The position numbers were made by a program, and so were the translations under genes. Of a DNA stretch of 64,000 nt, positions 13,845 through 24,800 are shown piece by piece. Below the pieces are notes generated by a model. The model saw only the letters and a list, made by a program, of their open reading frames with translations, was not told where the DNA came from and did no database searches. Origin of the DNA: Owenia fusiformis. Its lineage: Eukaryota. The stretch spans positions 9,486,001 through 9,550,000 of the forward strand of contig CAIIXF020000001.1 in the NCBI GenBank assembly GCA_903813345.2, read 5' to 3'. Positions within the stretch are counted from its first letter, which is position 1. Every line of letters starts with the position of its first letter.

Positions 13845-16130
13845 GCAATGGAATATTAATTGCGACATGGCCAAGTTCTTTGTTTTATTATATTGCCCAT
13901 GTCTTTGTCCATAATTGGGATATTAATTATGACATGGCCAAGTTCATTGTTCATTATATTGCCCATGGCCCTGTCCATGATTGGGATTATAAGTATGATA
14001 TGGCCAAGTTCATTTTTTTATCATATTACCCATGTCCATGTCCATGATTGGAATATTAATTATGATATGGCCAAGTTCATTGTTTTATAATATTGCCCAT
14101 GTCCCTGTCCATGATTGGAATATTAATTATGATATGGCCAAGTTCATTGTTTTATCATATTACCCATGTCCATGTCCATGATTGGAATATTAATTATGAT
14201 ATGGCCAAGTTCATTGTTTTATCATATTGTCCATGTCCATGTCCATGATTGGAATATTAATTATGATATGGCCAAGTTCATTGTTTTATAATATTGCCCA
14301 TGTCCCTGTCCATGATTGGAATATTTATTATGATATGGCCAAGTTCATTGTTTTATCATATTGTCCATGTCCATGTCCATGATTGGAATATTAATTATGA
14401 TATGGCCAAGTTCATTGTTTTATCATATTGTCCATGTCCATGTCCATGATTGGAATATTAATTATGATATGGCCAAGTTCATTGTTTTATCATATTGTCC
14501 ATGTCCATGTCCATGATTGGAATATTAATTATGATATGGCCAAGTTCATTGTTTTATAATATTGTCCATGTCCCTGTCCATGATTGGAATATTTATTATG
14601 ATATGGCCAAGTTCATTGTTTTATCATATTGTCCATGTCCATGTCCATGATTGGAATATTTATTATGATATGGCCAAGTTCATTGTTTTATCATATTACC
14701 CATGTCCATGTCCATGATTGGAATATTTATTTTGCTATGGCCAAGTTCATTTTTTTATCATATTACCCATGTCCATGTCCATGATTGGAATATTAATTAT
14801 GATATGGCCAAGTTCATTGTTTTATCATATTACCCATGTCCATGTCCATGATTGGAATATTAATTATGATATGGCCAAGTTCATTGTTTTATCATATTAC
14901 CCATGTCCATGTCCATGATTGGAATATTAATTATGATATGGCCAAGTTCATTGTTTTATCATATTGTCCATGTCCATGTCCATGATTGGAATATTAATTA
15001 TGATATGGCCAAGTTCATTGTTTTATAATATTGCCCATGTCCCTGTCCATGATTGGAATATTTATTTTGGTATGGCCAAGTTCATTGTTTTATAATATTG
15101 ACCATATCCCTGTCCATGATTGGAATATTGATTTTGGTATGGACAAGTTCATTGTTTTATAATATTGCCCATGTCTTTGTCCATGATTGGAATATTAATT
15201 ATGATATGGCCAAGTTCATTGTTTTATCATATTACCCATGTCCATGTCCATGATTGGAATATTTATTTTGCTATGGCCAAGTTCATTATTTTATAATATT
15301 GCCCATGCCCCTGTCCATAATTGGGATATTAATTATGACATGGCCAAGTTCATTGTTCATTATATTGCCCATGGCCCTGTCCATGATTGGGATTATAAGT
15401 ATGATATGGCCAAGTTCATTGTTTTATAATATTGCCCATGTCCCTGTCCATGCTTGGGATATCAATTATGACATGGCCAAGTTCATTGTTTAATTATACT
15501 GCCCATGTTCCTGTCCATGATTGGGGTATTGCGAAAGTTCATAATTTAATTATATTGCCTATGTGCCTGTCCATGATTGGGGTTTTGTGGTGTAGCCAGA
15601 TTCATTGTTTAATTATATTGACCATGTTCCTGTCCATGATAGGGGTATTGTGGCGTGGCCAGGTTCATTGTTTAATCATATTGCCCATGTTCCTGTCCAT
15701 AATTGGGATATTGCGAAAGTTCATTGTTTAATTATATTGCCCATGTTCCTGTCCATGATTGGGATATTGCGAAAGTTCATAATTTAATTATATTGCCCAT
15801 GTTCCTGTCCATGATTGGGATATTGCGAAAGTTCATAATCTAATTATATTGCCCATGTTCCTGTCCATGATTGGGATATTGCGAAAGTTCATAATTTAAT
15901 TATATTGCCCATGTTCCTGTCCATGATTGGGATATTGCGAAAGTTCATAATCTAATTATATTGCCCATGTTCCTGTCCATGATTGGGATATTGCAAAAGT
16001 TCATAATTTAATTATATTGGCCATGTTCCTGTCCATGATTGGGATATTGCGAAAGTTCATAACCTAATTATACTGCCCATGTTCCTGTCCATGGTTGGAA
16101 TATTAATTGTGGTATGGCCAAGTTCATTGT
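13845..16130. repeat. Tandem satellite, ~35 copies of 67-bp (left) and 56-63-bp (right) units
   Basis: Unit CATGATTGGAATATTAATTATGATATGGCCAAGTTCATTGTTTTATCATATTACCCATGTCCATGTC; period 67 (CCAAG at 14071, 14138, 14205) and 56 (GAAAG at 15771, 15827, 15883). It abuts the zinc-finger stop codon. Confidence 0.97.
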
Positions 16131-19100
16131 TTAATTATATTGCCCATGTTCATGTCCATGATTGGGACCATGATTGGAATATTGTGGCATAGCAAGGTTC
16201 ATAGGCATTGCATGATGCATGTTCAGCTGTAGCTGTGAGTGTTGGGGCATTTGCATGGGCATAGTTGAGTGCATCGCATTCGTGGGCACTGTCTGAATTG
16301 TCATTGGGGGTATATAGGTAGGCATACTATTGCTCCTGTTTTCAGCCTCCTCGCTTGTTTGGGGTCTGCTATTAGCTACAGGAAATGCACTAATGCCATG
16401 GGCAGTATCCCTGTGGGCGATCAGCTGATTTTTGGAAGAGAATCTCTCTTTGCATAAGTCACAACTGAACTCAAAATGATCTTTATGCTTCTGGGCAATA
16501 TGTTGGATCAGCTTGGATTCTGAACCACATTCTTTGTTACAAATATAGCACATGTATTCTCCCTGGCCGGAGAACTCTCCTGGTTCCTTCTGAGTTGCAT
16601 GTTCCTGGTAATTATTTGGGCTATCTAGATCTACAATTCCATGTTTCACTCGCATATGCTGATCTAGCATGTACTTAATACTGTAAGGCTTCTCACATAG
16701 AGGACAGACATGATTCTTGGGCGTTTTAACTTTGACACCCTCGTGTTTAAATGCCATATGCTGTTTAAGGTTTGCTTTGGTGTTCACAGTCTTGTTACAG
16801 ACTGGGCACACACATCCTTCAAAGTTCTGCACAGGTTTTTGATCTGAATGTTTATAAGCAAAATGCTGGCTAAGTTTTCCCTCTGTTGAACATATCTTGC
16901 TGCACATCGAACATGGAAATGGTCCACCTTGTTTCTTAGTACCGGGGGTTCTCTTGATGGGGGTCTTCTTGATTGGTGTGTCTTTTTTGTGTATCATTGA
17001 ATTATGCTTCCGTAGAGCTTGCTTACTCCAGAGAGATATATCGCATATCTTACATGGGAATTCCTCATTGTCCTCCCCATGGACTGTTCTCTTATGTTTA
17101 GCAAGGCTATTTTTCTGTAGAGCATTGAACCCGCATATGTCACACAGGAATGATTTAACAGGTCCAGTGGGCTCATCATCATCAAAGTCATCAGGACCAC
17201 CAAAATCATTATTATCATCATCTCCATCTTCAGTCTTAATGGGAGCAGGGGGAGGGGTGGAGACAGGCTCAACTGATTCTCTGCTAGGATGGTACACTTT
17301 CATATGCTTCTTCAAAGTGTCATCTCTGGTGAACTTATGGTAGCAGATACCGCAATACATAATTTTCTTATCCTCGTGAATTTTCATGTGTGTTTTCAAG
17401 ACGCTTCTTTCATTGAATGTTCTAGAACAGAACTCACACATGAAACTTTGTCCATGGTGAACACGTTCGATATGGCGCTTGAGACTATCTTTCAACGCAT
17501 ACTCCTGGCTACACTTGTCACATTTATGGGGTTTCTCATGTGGATGGACATCCTTCATATGTGTTCTTAATTGATCTTTCTCCATAAACGTGCTGTCACA
17601 AAATTCACATGACATTATTTGAGGCTCTCTGTTATGGCTCTTCATATGATCTCGTAATGTTTTCTTCCGGGCATATTTTCTAGGACACTGGTCACATTGA
17701 AAGATTTGTTCACCGTTTGGATTAATTATATGCATGTCTAGTTTATGTCTCGTGAGAGAATCTTGGCGGCAGAATAGCTTATTGCAAACATCACAAGTGA
17801 AAGGCTTCTGTCCAGAGTGTTTATTGATATGTTCTACATATCTTGCCTTTTGCATAAAGGCCTGCTGGCAGACCTCACAGGAGTATGTCTCACTGGTATG
17901 TATACCAACATGCAGGTTATAATGGTCTTGGAGGTCATCCTGTGATGCAAGATCTTCATAACAGACAGCACATTTCATAACATCACTTTCTGGTTCACCT
18001 GGTACATTCAACCTCATATCTCCAACCTTCTTGAAGTGAGTCATCATATGATCTCTATGGTGGCTCTGGATACGAGATGCTTTTCCACAGATGTGACAAG
18101 CGAATCCCCAACTCTTGTGAACTTTCATATGGCTGTTTAATAGTCCTGTGCTTCCAAACTTCTTGTTGCAAGTTTCACATTCATACTGGCGTTCCCTATG
18201 TGTGTCGTAGTGTCTGGCTAACAGGAACATTCTATAGAAAACTTTACTACATTTGAGGCATTTTAGCATGCCATCTTCAACCTTCTCATGTGGTATGTCA
18301 TCATAAGTACGTCTCTTTCTTCCTGGGATGATGCCCCTCTTCCTTGGCTGAAGCGATCGCTTTCCACTTGCATTTTTCCTTATAGTTGCATTGGTGGATT
18401 TCAGCACTTTCACCTCTCTCTGCAACACATCAATGATTGTTAACAGGTCAGACTTTCGTAAATGTTCTAAACTTTCAGTTTTGTTTAGCATCATTGTTTT
18501 ACATTGCCTTCTTGTGAGACTTTCTTTCGGCTTTACATCCTCCTCATATTCTTTAGATTTCCTTGCCTTTTTCGTTGGCAGCTTTTTCTTTCCTTTGTTC
18601 GATTTATTGTTCTTTTTTGATTTATTTACACTGGAAATCTTCTTCCTTTTTCTTCCAGGTGGCTTAGTTTGTGTGTAGGATTCAGGTAAAGCTTCTTCAT
18701 TGTAATCCATCTGACCTTCTTGCCCAAAAGTCTGCTCATACATATTGTGTTCAAAATAGTTATTAGTGTGATCTGTGTATTCACTTCCCATGCCATCATC
18801 CTCACCATTCATGTAGCCTCCTTCATCACCTGAACCAGCAATATTTGTCTCAAAATCTCCTGGATTTATGGCTGCATCCTCATAATGTGGGTCAATTACT
18901 TCAGTCTTTATGTTTGTAAATCCACCTTCATTATCTTCTTGCAGTGGATCTGTCATTTCAGTACTGGGCTCTACATGCTCTGATGTATCATTTGTGAATG
19001 GTTCATTTTGTTTAGCACTATCACTAACATATGGCTCATCATGTTCAGTTGTCTCCTCATACTTCAATGCAGGTGTATTTTGTATTAATACCCCATTAAC

Positions 19101-19181
19101 AACAGCATCGTCAACAGAAGACCCTTGGTGATCAGTGTCACTACCAATGGTGTTGTTTCCTCCTTCAGACGCCATTTTCAT
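16131..19181 (-). CDS. Multi-C2H2 zinc-finger protein (18 fingers, 1016 aa), single coding exon
   Basis: 18 CxxC-x12-Hx3-4H units counted, in clusters of 11 and 7. Acidic N-terminus, Lys-rich NLS-like segment, two IKTE SUMO-consensus motifs. Probable 5'UTR exons at 19286-19249 and ~19990-19935 (donor CAG|GTATGA). Confidence 0.93.
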   Translation of the reverse strand: MKMASEGGNNTIGSDTDHQGSSVDDAVVNGVLIQNTPALKYEETTEHDEPYVSDSAKQNEPFTNDTSEHVEPSTEMTDPLQEDNEGGFTNIKTEVIDPHYEDAAINPGDFETNIAGSGDEGGYMNGEDDGMGSEYTDHTNNYFEHNMYEQTFGQEGQMDYNEEALPESYTQTKPPGRKRKKISSVNKSKKNNKSNKGKKKLPTKKARKSKEYEEDVKPKESLTRRQCKTMMLNKTESLEHLRKSDLLTIIDVLQREVKVLKSTNATIRKNASGKRSLQPRKRGIIPGRKRRTYDDIPHEKVEDGMLKCLKCSKVFYRMFLLARHYDTHRERQYECETCNKKFGSTGLLNSHMKVHKSWGFACHICGKASRIQSHHRDHMMTHFKKVGDMRLNVPGEPESDVMKCAVCYEDLASQDDLQDHYNLHVGIHTSETYSCEVCQQAFMQKARYVEHINKHSGQKPFTCDVCNKLFCRQDSLTRHKLDMHIINPNGEQIFQCDQCPRKYARKKTLRDHMKSHNREPQIMSCEFCDSTFMEKDQLRTHMKDVHPHEKPHKCDKCSQEYALKDSLKRHIERVHHGQSFMCEFCSRTFNERSVLKTHMKIHEDKKIMYCGICYHKFTRDDTLKKHMKVYHPSRESVEPVSTPPPAPIKTEDGDDDNNDFGGPDDFDDDEPTGPVKSFLCDICGFNALQKNSLAKHKRTVHGEDNEEFPCKICDISLWSKQALRKHNSMIHKKDTPIKKTPIKRTPGTKKQGGPFPCSMCSKICSTEGKLSQHFAYKHSDQKPVQNFEGCVCPVCNKTVNTKANLKQHMAFKHEGVKVKTPKNHVCPLCEKPYSIKYMLDQHMRVKHGIVDLDSPNNYQEHATQKEPGEFSGQGEYMCYICNKECGSESKLIQHIAQKHKDHFEFSCDLCKERFSSKNQLIAHRDTAHGISAFPVANSRPQTSEEAENRSNSMPTYIPPMTIQTVPTNAMHSTMPMQMPQHSQLQLNMHHAMPMNLAMPQYSNHGPNHGHEHGQYN

Positions 19182-19934
19182 GAAAGATTTAACTACAGTA
19201 GTATGGTTGTACCCCAGTCAATCACTCATAACAAAAAATGTTACATACGTGTTTTTGCTGGATTAGTTGCAGTTCGTTGGTCTTTTCTGAAAAATACAGA
19301 AAACAGTAACAATGTCAAGATGCGTTCATTTTGTGCTTTTATAAATGGATGTAGATCTAATCTACATTGTAGACCACAATGTATACAAGTGAATCATATG
19401 TGGAATTGTTTGATGGTAGGCATTTCTGTATTATTGTTAGGTATTTGTTGCAATTTTATGTTGCTAGAATAAATGATGTAGCATGGAAATTAAACCCAAT
19501 GCAGCTTTTTAAGAAAATTCAGATTAGTAAGGAAAGCTGTATAAACTTGTTGAACTATATGGAGGCCAGGGGCAAAGAGGTATAACATAAACATGTAGGG
19601 TAATGTTGACACAAGAAATGAGGTAATTTGGACACTAACAATGTTAGAAACTAGAATTTCCTTTTTTCGTTATGTTTGATTTCGGAATTTTTTTTGTGAG
19701 ATCTTGATAATTGTGAGAAGAAAAACCTGGCTTCGTTCCACCTTGATCGGAGAGTAGAGCAAATAAACAACAATGCGTCAAATTTGCCCACATAATGTGG
19801 GGAACAAAAATAAACCTCAACCATCAAAAGTTTTCACAATGAGCTAAATTTCGTGTCTCAAACTCTCCCAAGCGGTAGAAAAATAATTCCCGTTCACTTT
19901 AAGTAGCACAATAAATGAATCCAAAGCATCATAC

Positions 19935-20296
19935 CTGCAAATGATAGATAAATCCCTATCAAATCGAAAGAATGTTTTCATGAACCGCCATGTTTGTGAT
20001 CCAAGGAGGATTGACTCCCAGAATGCAACATCAGTTACCCTTGTTTACACGTGACATGTTTCAAAATGGTGGAACGGCATTTTGAAAGCTGGCACATGTC
20101 ATGTTGCATTCTGGGAGCCAATCCTCACTGCGCCGTAATCAGGCTCCAAAATCACCTCAACATTTGAAGAGTCGGAATTAACATGTGAATTGAATATCAC
20201 TTCAAATTTTTAAGTTCTTATTTGTCATTATGGACACAAATTCCACTATATCTGGACTTACTAGGACGGAGAAAATAGAGCACTGAATACACTGAG
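19935..20296. promoter_or_regulatory. Bidirectional promoter between the zinc-finger gene (-) and V-ATPase H (+)
   Basis: Opposite-facing first-exon donors at 19935 (-) and 20296 (+, GAG|GTAAGA). YY1-like AACATGGCGG on the minus strand ~19985-19994; two inverted TCCCAGAATGCA (ZNF143/Staf-like) sites; CCAAT at ~20118. Confidence 0.6.
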
Positions 20297-20465
20297 GTAA
20301 GAATTTATTACATGTGCGACAGCATGTAATTTTCATAGCTATAGTAATTCTTTATGTTCCCCACTGTATGTCAAAGTTACACCAAATTTAAATGAAATGG
20401 CCTCAACATTATACCCCTTCACCCTCAGCTTACATGTTGCATATGTCTCATTGTCTGGTTTTAGT

Positions 20466-21058
20466 TTACTCACTTCGAGAGCCATGTTAGATTTTGAAAC
20501 TTATGGCTCTCAAACGGGGAAGTGGACAGCTGATTAATAGTGACCTTTGAAATCGAATCAGCGGCCTACTTTTGTTCTCTAACTATGTCACATACATCAT
20601 TATCATCCTTCTGTGTAAGTATTGGAGCGCTGAAGTACTTCCTTTTTGATCAAGACATGGCCATGATCAAGACGTGTAATTGTTAGTCGAGTGAATGTTT
20701 TACTGCCAAATTCCAATATGGCGTTTTCGTAAATCTCCGGAGGTTGTCCGAACCTAACTAATTCTCAAAATTCATTTCGTTTGTTGCGTATCTCGCTCCT
20801 AGCAAACCGCCATATTGGAAATAGGTCTAAAAAACATTCACTCGATGAACAATTTACAAGTCTTGATCGAAAAAGAAGTATTTCAGCGCTCTTATTATAT
20901 TACACGGATTGATGATACTGATGTAAGACACAGTTAGTGACCAAAAGTAAGCCGCTGATCGACTTAATTCGATTTCAAAGGTCACTATCACTCAGCTGTC
21001 CAAATGCGCTGTGGGAAAGCTATTATATCAAAATCCGAATAGCTTTCGCAGGATGTAA
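20466..21058. mobile_element. Palindromic MITE-like element in V-ATPase H intron 1
   Basis: Imperfect inverted repeat along its length: GGACAGCTGA..TAGTGACCTTTGAAATCGAAT (20524-20557) vs ATTCGATTTCAAAGGTCACTA..TCAGCTGTCC (20967-21001). Confidence 0.75.
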
Positions 21059-21836
21059 GCTTTAGCATGAATGGGCTTTCAAGAGAGAGCTCATGCTTTC
21101 AGAAATTAGGGAGAATGTTGACAACATACATGAAACATTCATGGGGTACATGTGATTTATGATACAGAACTCTAGCAGATCGTAAGTCGTAGGATCATTA
21201 GCTTAATAAATTACTAAAGCTTACTCTAGATTACCGACCGTGACCGACCAACCAACACGGAGGCCTACGACCCCGGCATTTTCTTTGATTTTCTTTTGTT
21301 TTCATGTGTACAATTTTGTGTTTAGAAAGTCAGGTTTGTCTACGATTTAGTCAGTTAAAACGAGAAACAGATCTAGTCTTTCTAATTTTTAGTAACTTAC
21401 AAGACATACGTACCAAATAAGGCCCCAATATGCCGATTCTTAGAGGAAATATCGGTGCTTGGATAAATTTCATTTTTCTACATCCGGTTTTACAAGATGC
21501 CCAACTCTTGAGGGACAGACAATTTTTAAATACCAAATAATTCTTGATATTCTATGGTAAAAAATGTTTAAAATTTCTATACAACTATCTTGTTATATTT
21601 TTTAATTTATGTTGCCAATTTGATACATTTTGTCAAACGCATCAATGTTGAAATATAGTGAATTCGTTTTCTAGTATTCTCGTTTGACATCCACATAAAA
21701 TGGTCACATGACTTTTATTTTCATAAAAATAAAAAAAGTAAAAACTTTATCAGTTTTTGATGACTGCAGATAAAATCACGACCATCTGACAGAGGGGAGC
21801 ATACCAAAAATAACCAAAGTAGACTAAGGAAGTAAT

Positions 21837-24800
21837 ATGGCTGGCATGGGTAGGCTTGATGCTGTCATATCCAGCATAGATGACATTGAAAAAGGTGGGC
21901 TATTTTTTTGTCAAAATCAAAAAGGTTTTTTCCTCCCCTTTTCAGCTTTATAATGTTGGACTCTTTTGAATCTAGGTCGCAATCTTGTATCACAAATTTA
22001 TTGCAAGTCCGAGAACCCTGGACCCGTTTTCTTAATGCAGGTTGCGCACAGACTGTATATATAGATTTTAGGAAGCCTTAGATTCTGTGAGTCGTCACGC
22101 AAGCACATGCTATCTATTGCAAGACTTACGCCTGCCACAACCGTCACCATGTTAATCAGTGTTTTTTAAGTAGCGCAAGGATCCTGCCATGACCGTGGTA
22201 GTGTTATCGTGTAAGCCTGGTATAACCGTGACAGGCTGGTATAACCGTGACAATGCTGTATTCTATTGCAAGGCCTGTCATGACCCTGGAAGTGTTATCG
22301 TGGAAGCCTGGCGCGACCGTAGCCTTTATTGTGGTTTATAAGCGAATGTGAATATTAATGTATAGTGGTAGTTTTGATTTTGACATGATTAAGGTAGTTA
22401 AACACCTTGATCATAGTATTAAACTGTGACGAGGATCACTTAAAATTGTTAAGGATATTCCTGGCATTAATGTCATACATATTTACTAGTCATTGCAATA
22501 CATTATAACGGTCATAGTAGAACTAAGCCTAAATCTCTACATTACCACCCTCATACCTGGCCTTGCAATACTATATTACATTGTCACGGTCATACCAGGC
22601 TTTGCGATCCCATAATACATTGTCATGGTCATGCCAGGTTTTCAAATACACATTGTCACGGTCAATTATAGCAATCATAAATTTCTACATCACCACTCTC
22701 ATACCCGAACTTGGAATACTATATAACATTGCCATGGCGGTCATACCAAGCCTTGCAATACTATATTACATTGCCATGGTCATGCCAGGCTTTGCAATAC
22801 ACATTGTCACGGTTATAGCAGTCCTAATCGTAAATTTCTACATTACCACTCTCATACCTGAACTTGCAATACTATATTACATTGTCACGGTCATGCCAGG
22901 CTTTGCAGTACTATATTACATTGTTACGGTCATACCAAGCCTTGAAGAACTATATTACATTGTCACGGTCATGGCAGGCATTGCAATATAATACAGCATT
23001 GTCGCGGTTATACCAGGCTTTCACGATAACATTACCACGGTCATGGCAGGATCCTTGCGCTACTTAAAAACACTGAATAACATGGTGACGGTTACGCCAG
23101 GCGTTAGTCTTGCAACAGATAGGGTCTCCACGCAAGGCTGCTTACTAAGCTGGATACCATGGGCATAGCGCCTATTATGCAAAATATGCACAGGCGTACC
23201 AAATAGATTTGAAAAAAATTAAAAATGTGTTAAAATGCATTAATTTATTTGCGAATTTATTGATGCTTCCTACCGTATCTGTATGTTTACCATTGTCAAC
23301 ATTTAAAGTTGATGAAAACGCTTAGATTCCATCAAATAACGTCTTTGAAAAGAAATTTTGCGGAGGAGCATACCCCCAGACCCCCGCGATGCACGGCAGC
23401 TCCGAGTGTGCATACCAACTCAAAATATAGCCCTACACCCATGGATACCAATGTCAAAAGTTACCCGTCTTTTTGTCATTATGAGTCTAAGAAAGCATTC
23501 TTGAGTTTCAAATTGATATCTGTAATAACTTGAAACCATCTTCTGATTTATTCCACTTACCTTTTTTGTTTCTCCAAATATATTGTAATGACCCTTAATA
23601 TCAAGTTGCTACAATGGCCCAGCTGTAAGCCTTTTTAGCTCAGTCGGAAGAGCATCAGACTTTGGATCTAAGGGTCCTAGGTTCGATTCCCACACAGGCA
23701 CACTTTCTTTCAATTTCTTAATCTGGATTTATTAGGATAAGGGAATTTTTTTTATGGGGGTACCCTCAAGCGATTTTGTTTATGTCTGTAAACGACATGC
23801 CCAATATTGTGTCAGACAGCAAGATAGACCTTTTCCCTGATGTCACCAAAGTAAATTGTTCGTTGATTTTGCAGGTGTAATGGTGGCCACAAGTTTGTTG
23901 CAGCAACGAGCCATTGAGGTCCGAGCAAATAGAGTAAACTGGCAATCATATTTGCAGTGAGTTATATATTATCCAAAATGCTCTTATGATTTCTCTGTAA
24001 TAAGGGCCCATCCCCTAATAAGCAACTACCCCACTTCTCAAAGTTTGAGAAATATTGAGGAATGATCAAATATTATTCAAATATTTAATTCTATTGAGGT
24101 GAATACCTGTGCATCTTTCACAAGTGATATTCCACGAAGCCCGAAGGGCTAGTGGAATATCATCTTGTGAAAGTGTCACCGAAAATGGAATTAAATATTT
24201 GTTTTATTATATCACTGTCATTACATCTTCTATAATTAGATAAGTCATATGTTAACATTGAAATACATTTATATTTCCTTTAACAATATAACAACTACTA
24301 CGATTTTGATACATTTTCCAAATCAATCACATCGTCTTTGCTAGATATCCAATCTTGAAAGATCTTCACTGATCTTTTTGTTGCCTTTATTGTGTTATCT
24401 GAATGAATATTCCTGTGGATTCTATCAATTTCTTCAGCAGAAATATTTGGAAACCTTTGTTTACCGTCTGCCATTTTGGTTATTATGGGATATATAAAAT
24501 GAAAATTAGACTGGACTAAGTCAACCCCGGGGATGTATAAGTCTTGACCGTTGAATATCATTTGATATTCACCGAAAGTCACGTGACTTCCGTTGAATAT
24601 GGCTAGTTATTTTTTGGTCACGTGTAGGACATGGACCAATAAGAGAGTGAGGAATATGACAGTGATATAATAATATCAAATATCCAATAAATAAGAACAA
24701 TATGCTGTTACTCAGTCGTGATGCTGCAAATAAGTCATTCTTGGCAAAAATTGCCATGAAATTTCCAGGTATTTTTGACTATCTTTCTTATATGTTTGCT

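Noticed and set aside
13823-15787. Many 60-99 aa ORFs in the satellite; superficially CRISPR-like periodicity
   Set aside because: Units are contiguous near-identical monomers with no unique spacers and no cas genes; the ORFs are by-products of the repeat.
16269-19131. Antisense and alternative-frame ORFs over the zinc-finger gene
   Set aside because: Shadow frames of a long coding exon, with no domain features.
22563-23067. 142-aa hydrophobic repetitive ORF
   Set aside because: Arises from the 39-bp tandem repeat within a TIR element in an intron.
23629-23700. Functional tRNA-Gln(TTG)
   Set aside because: Acceptor and T stems do not pair and the body is Lys-type; reported as a pseudogene.
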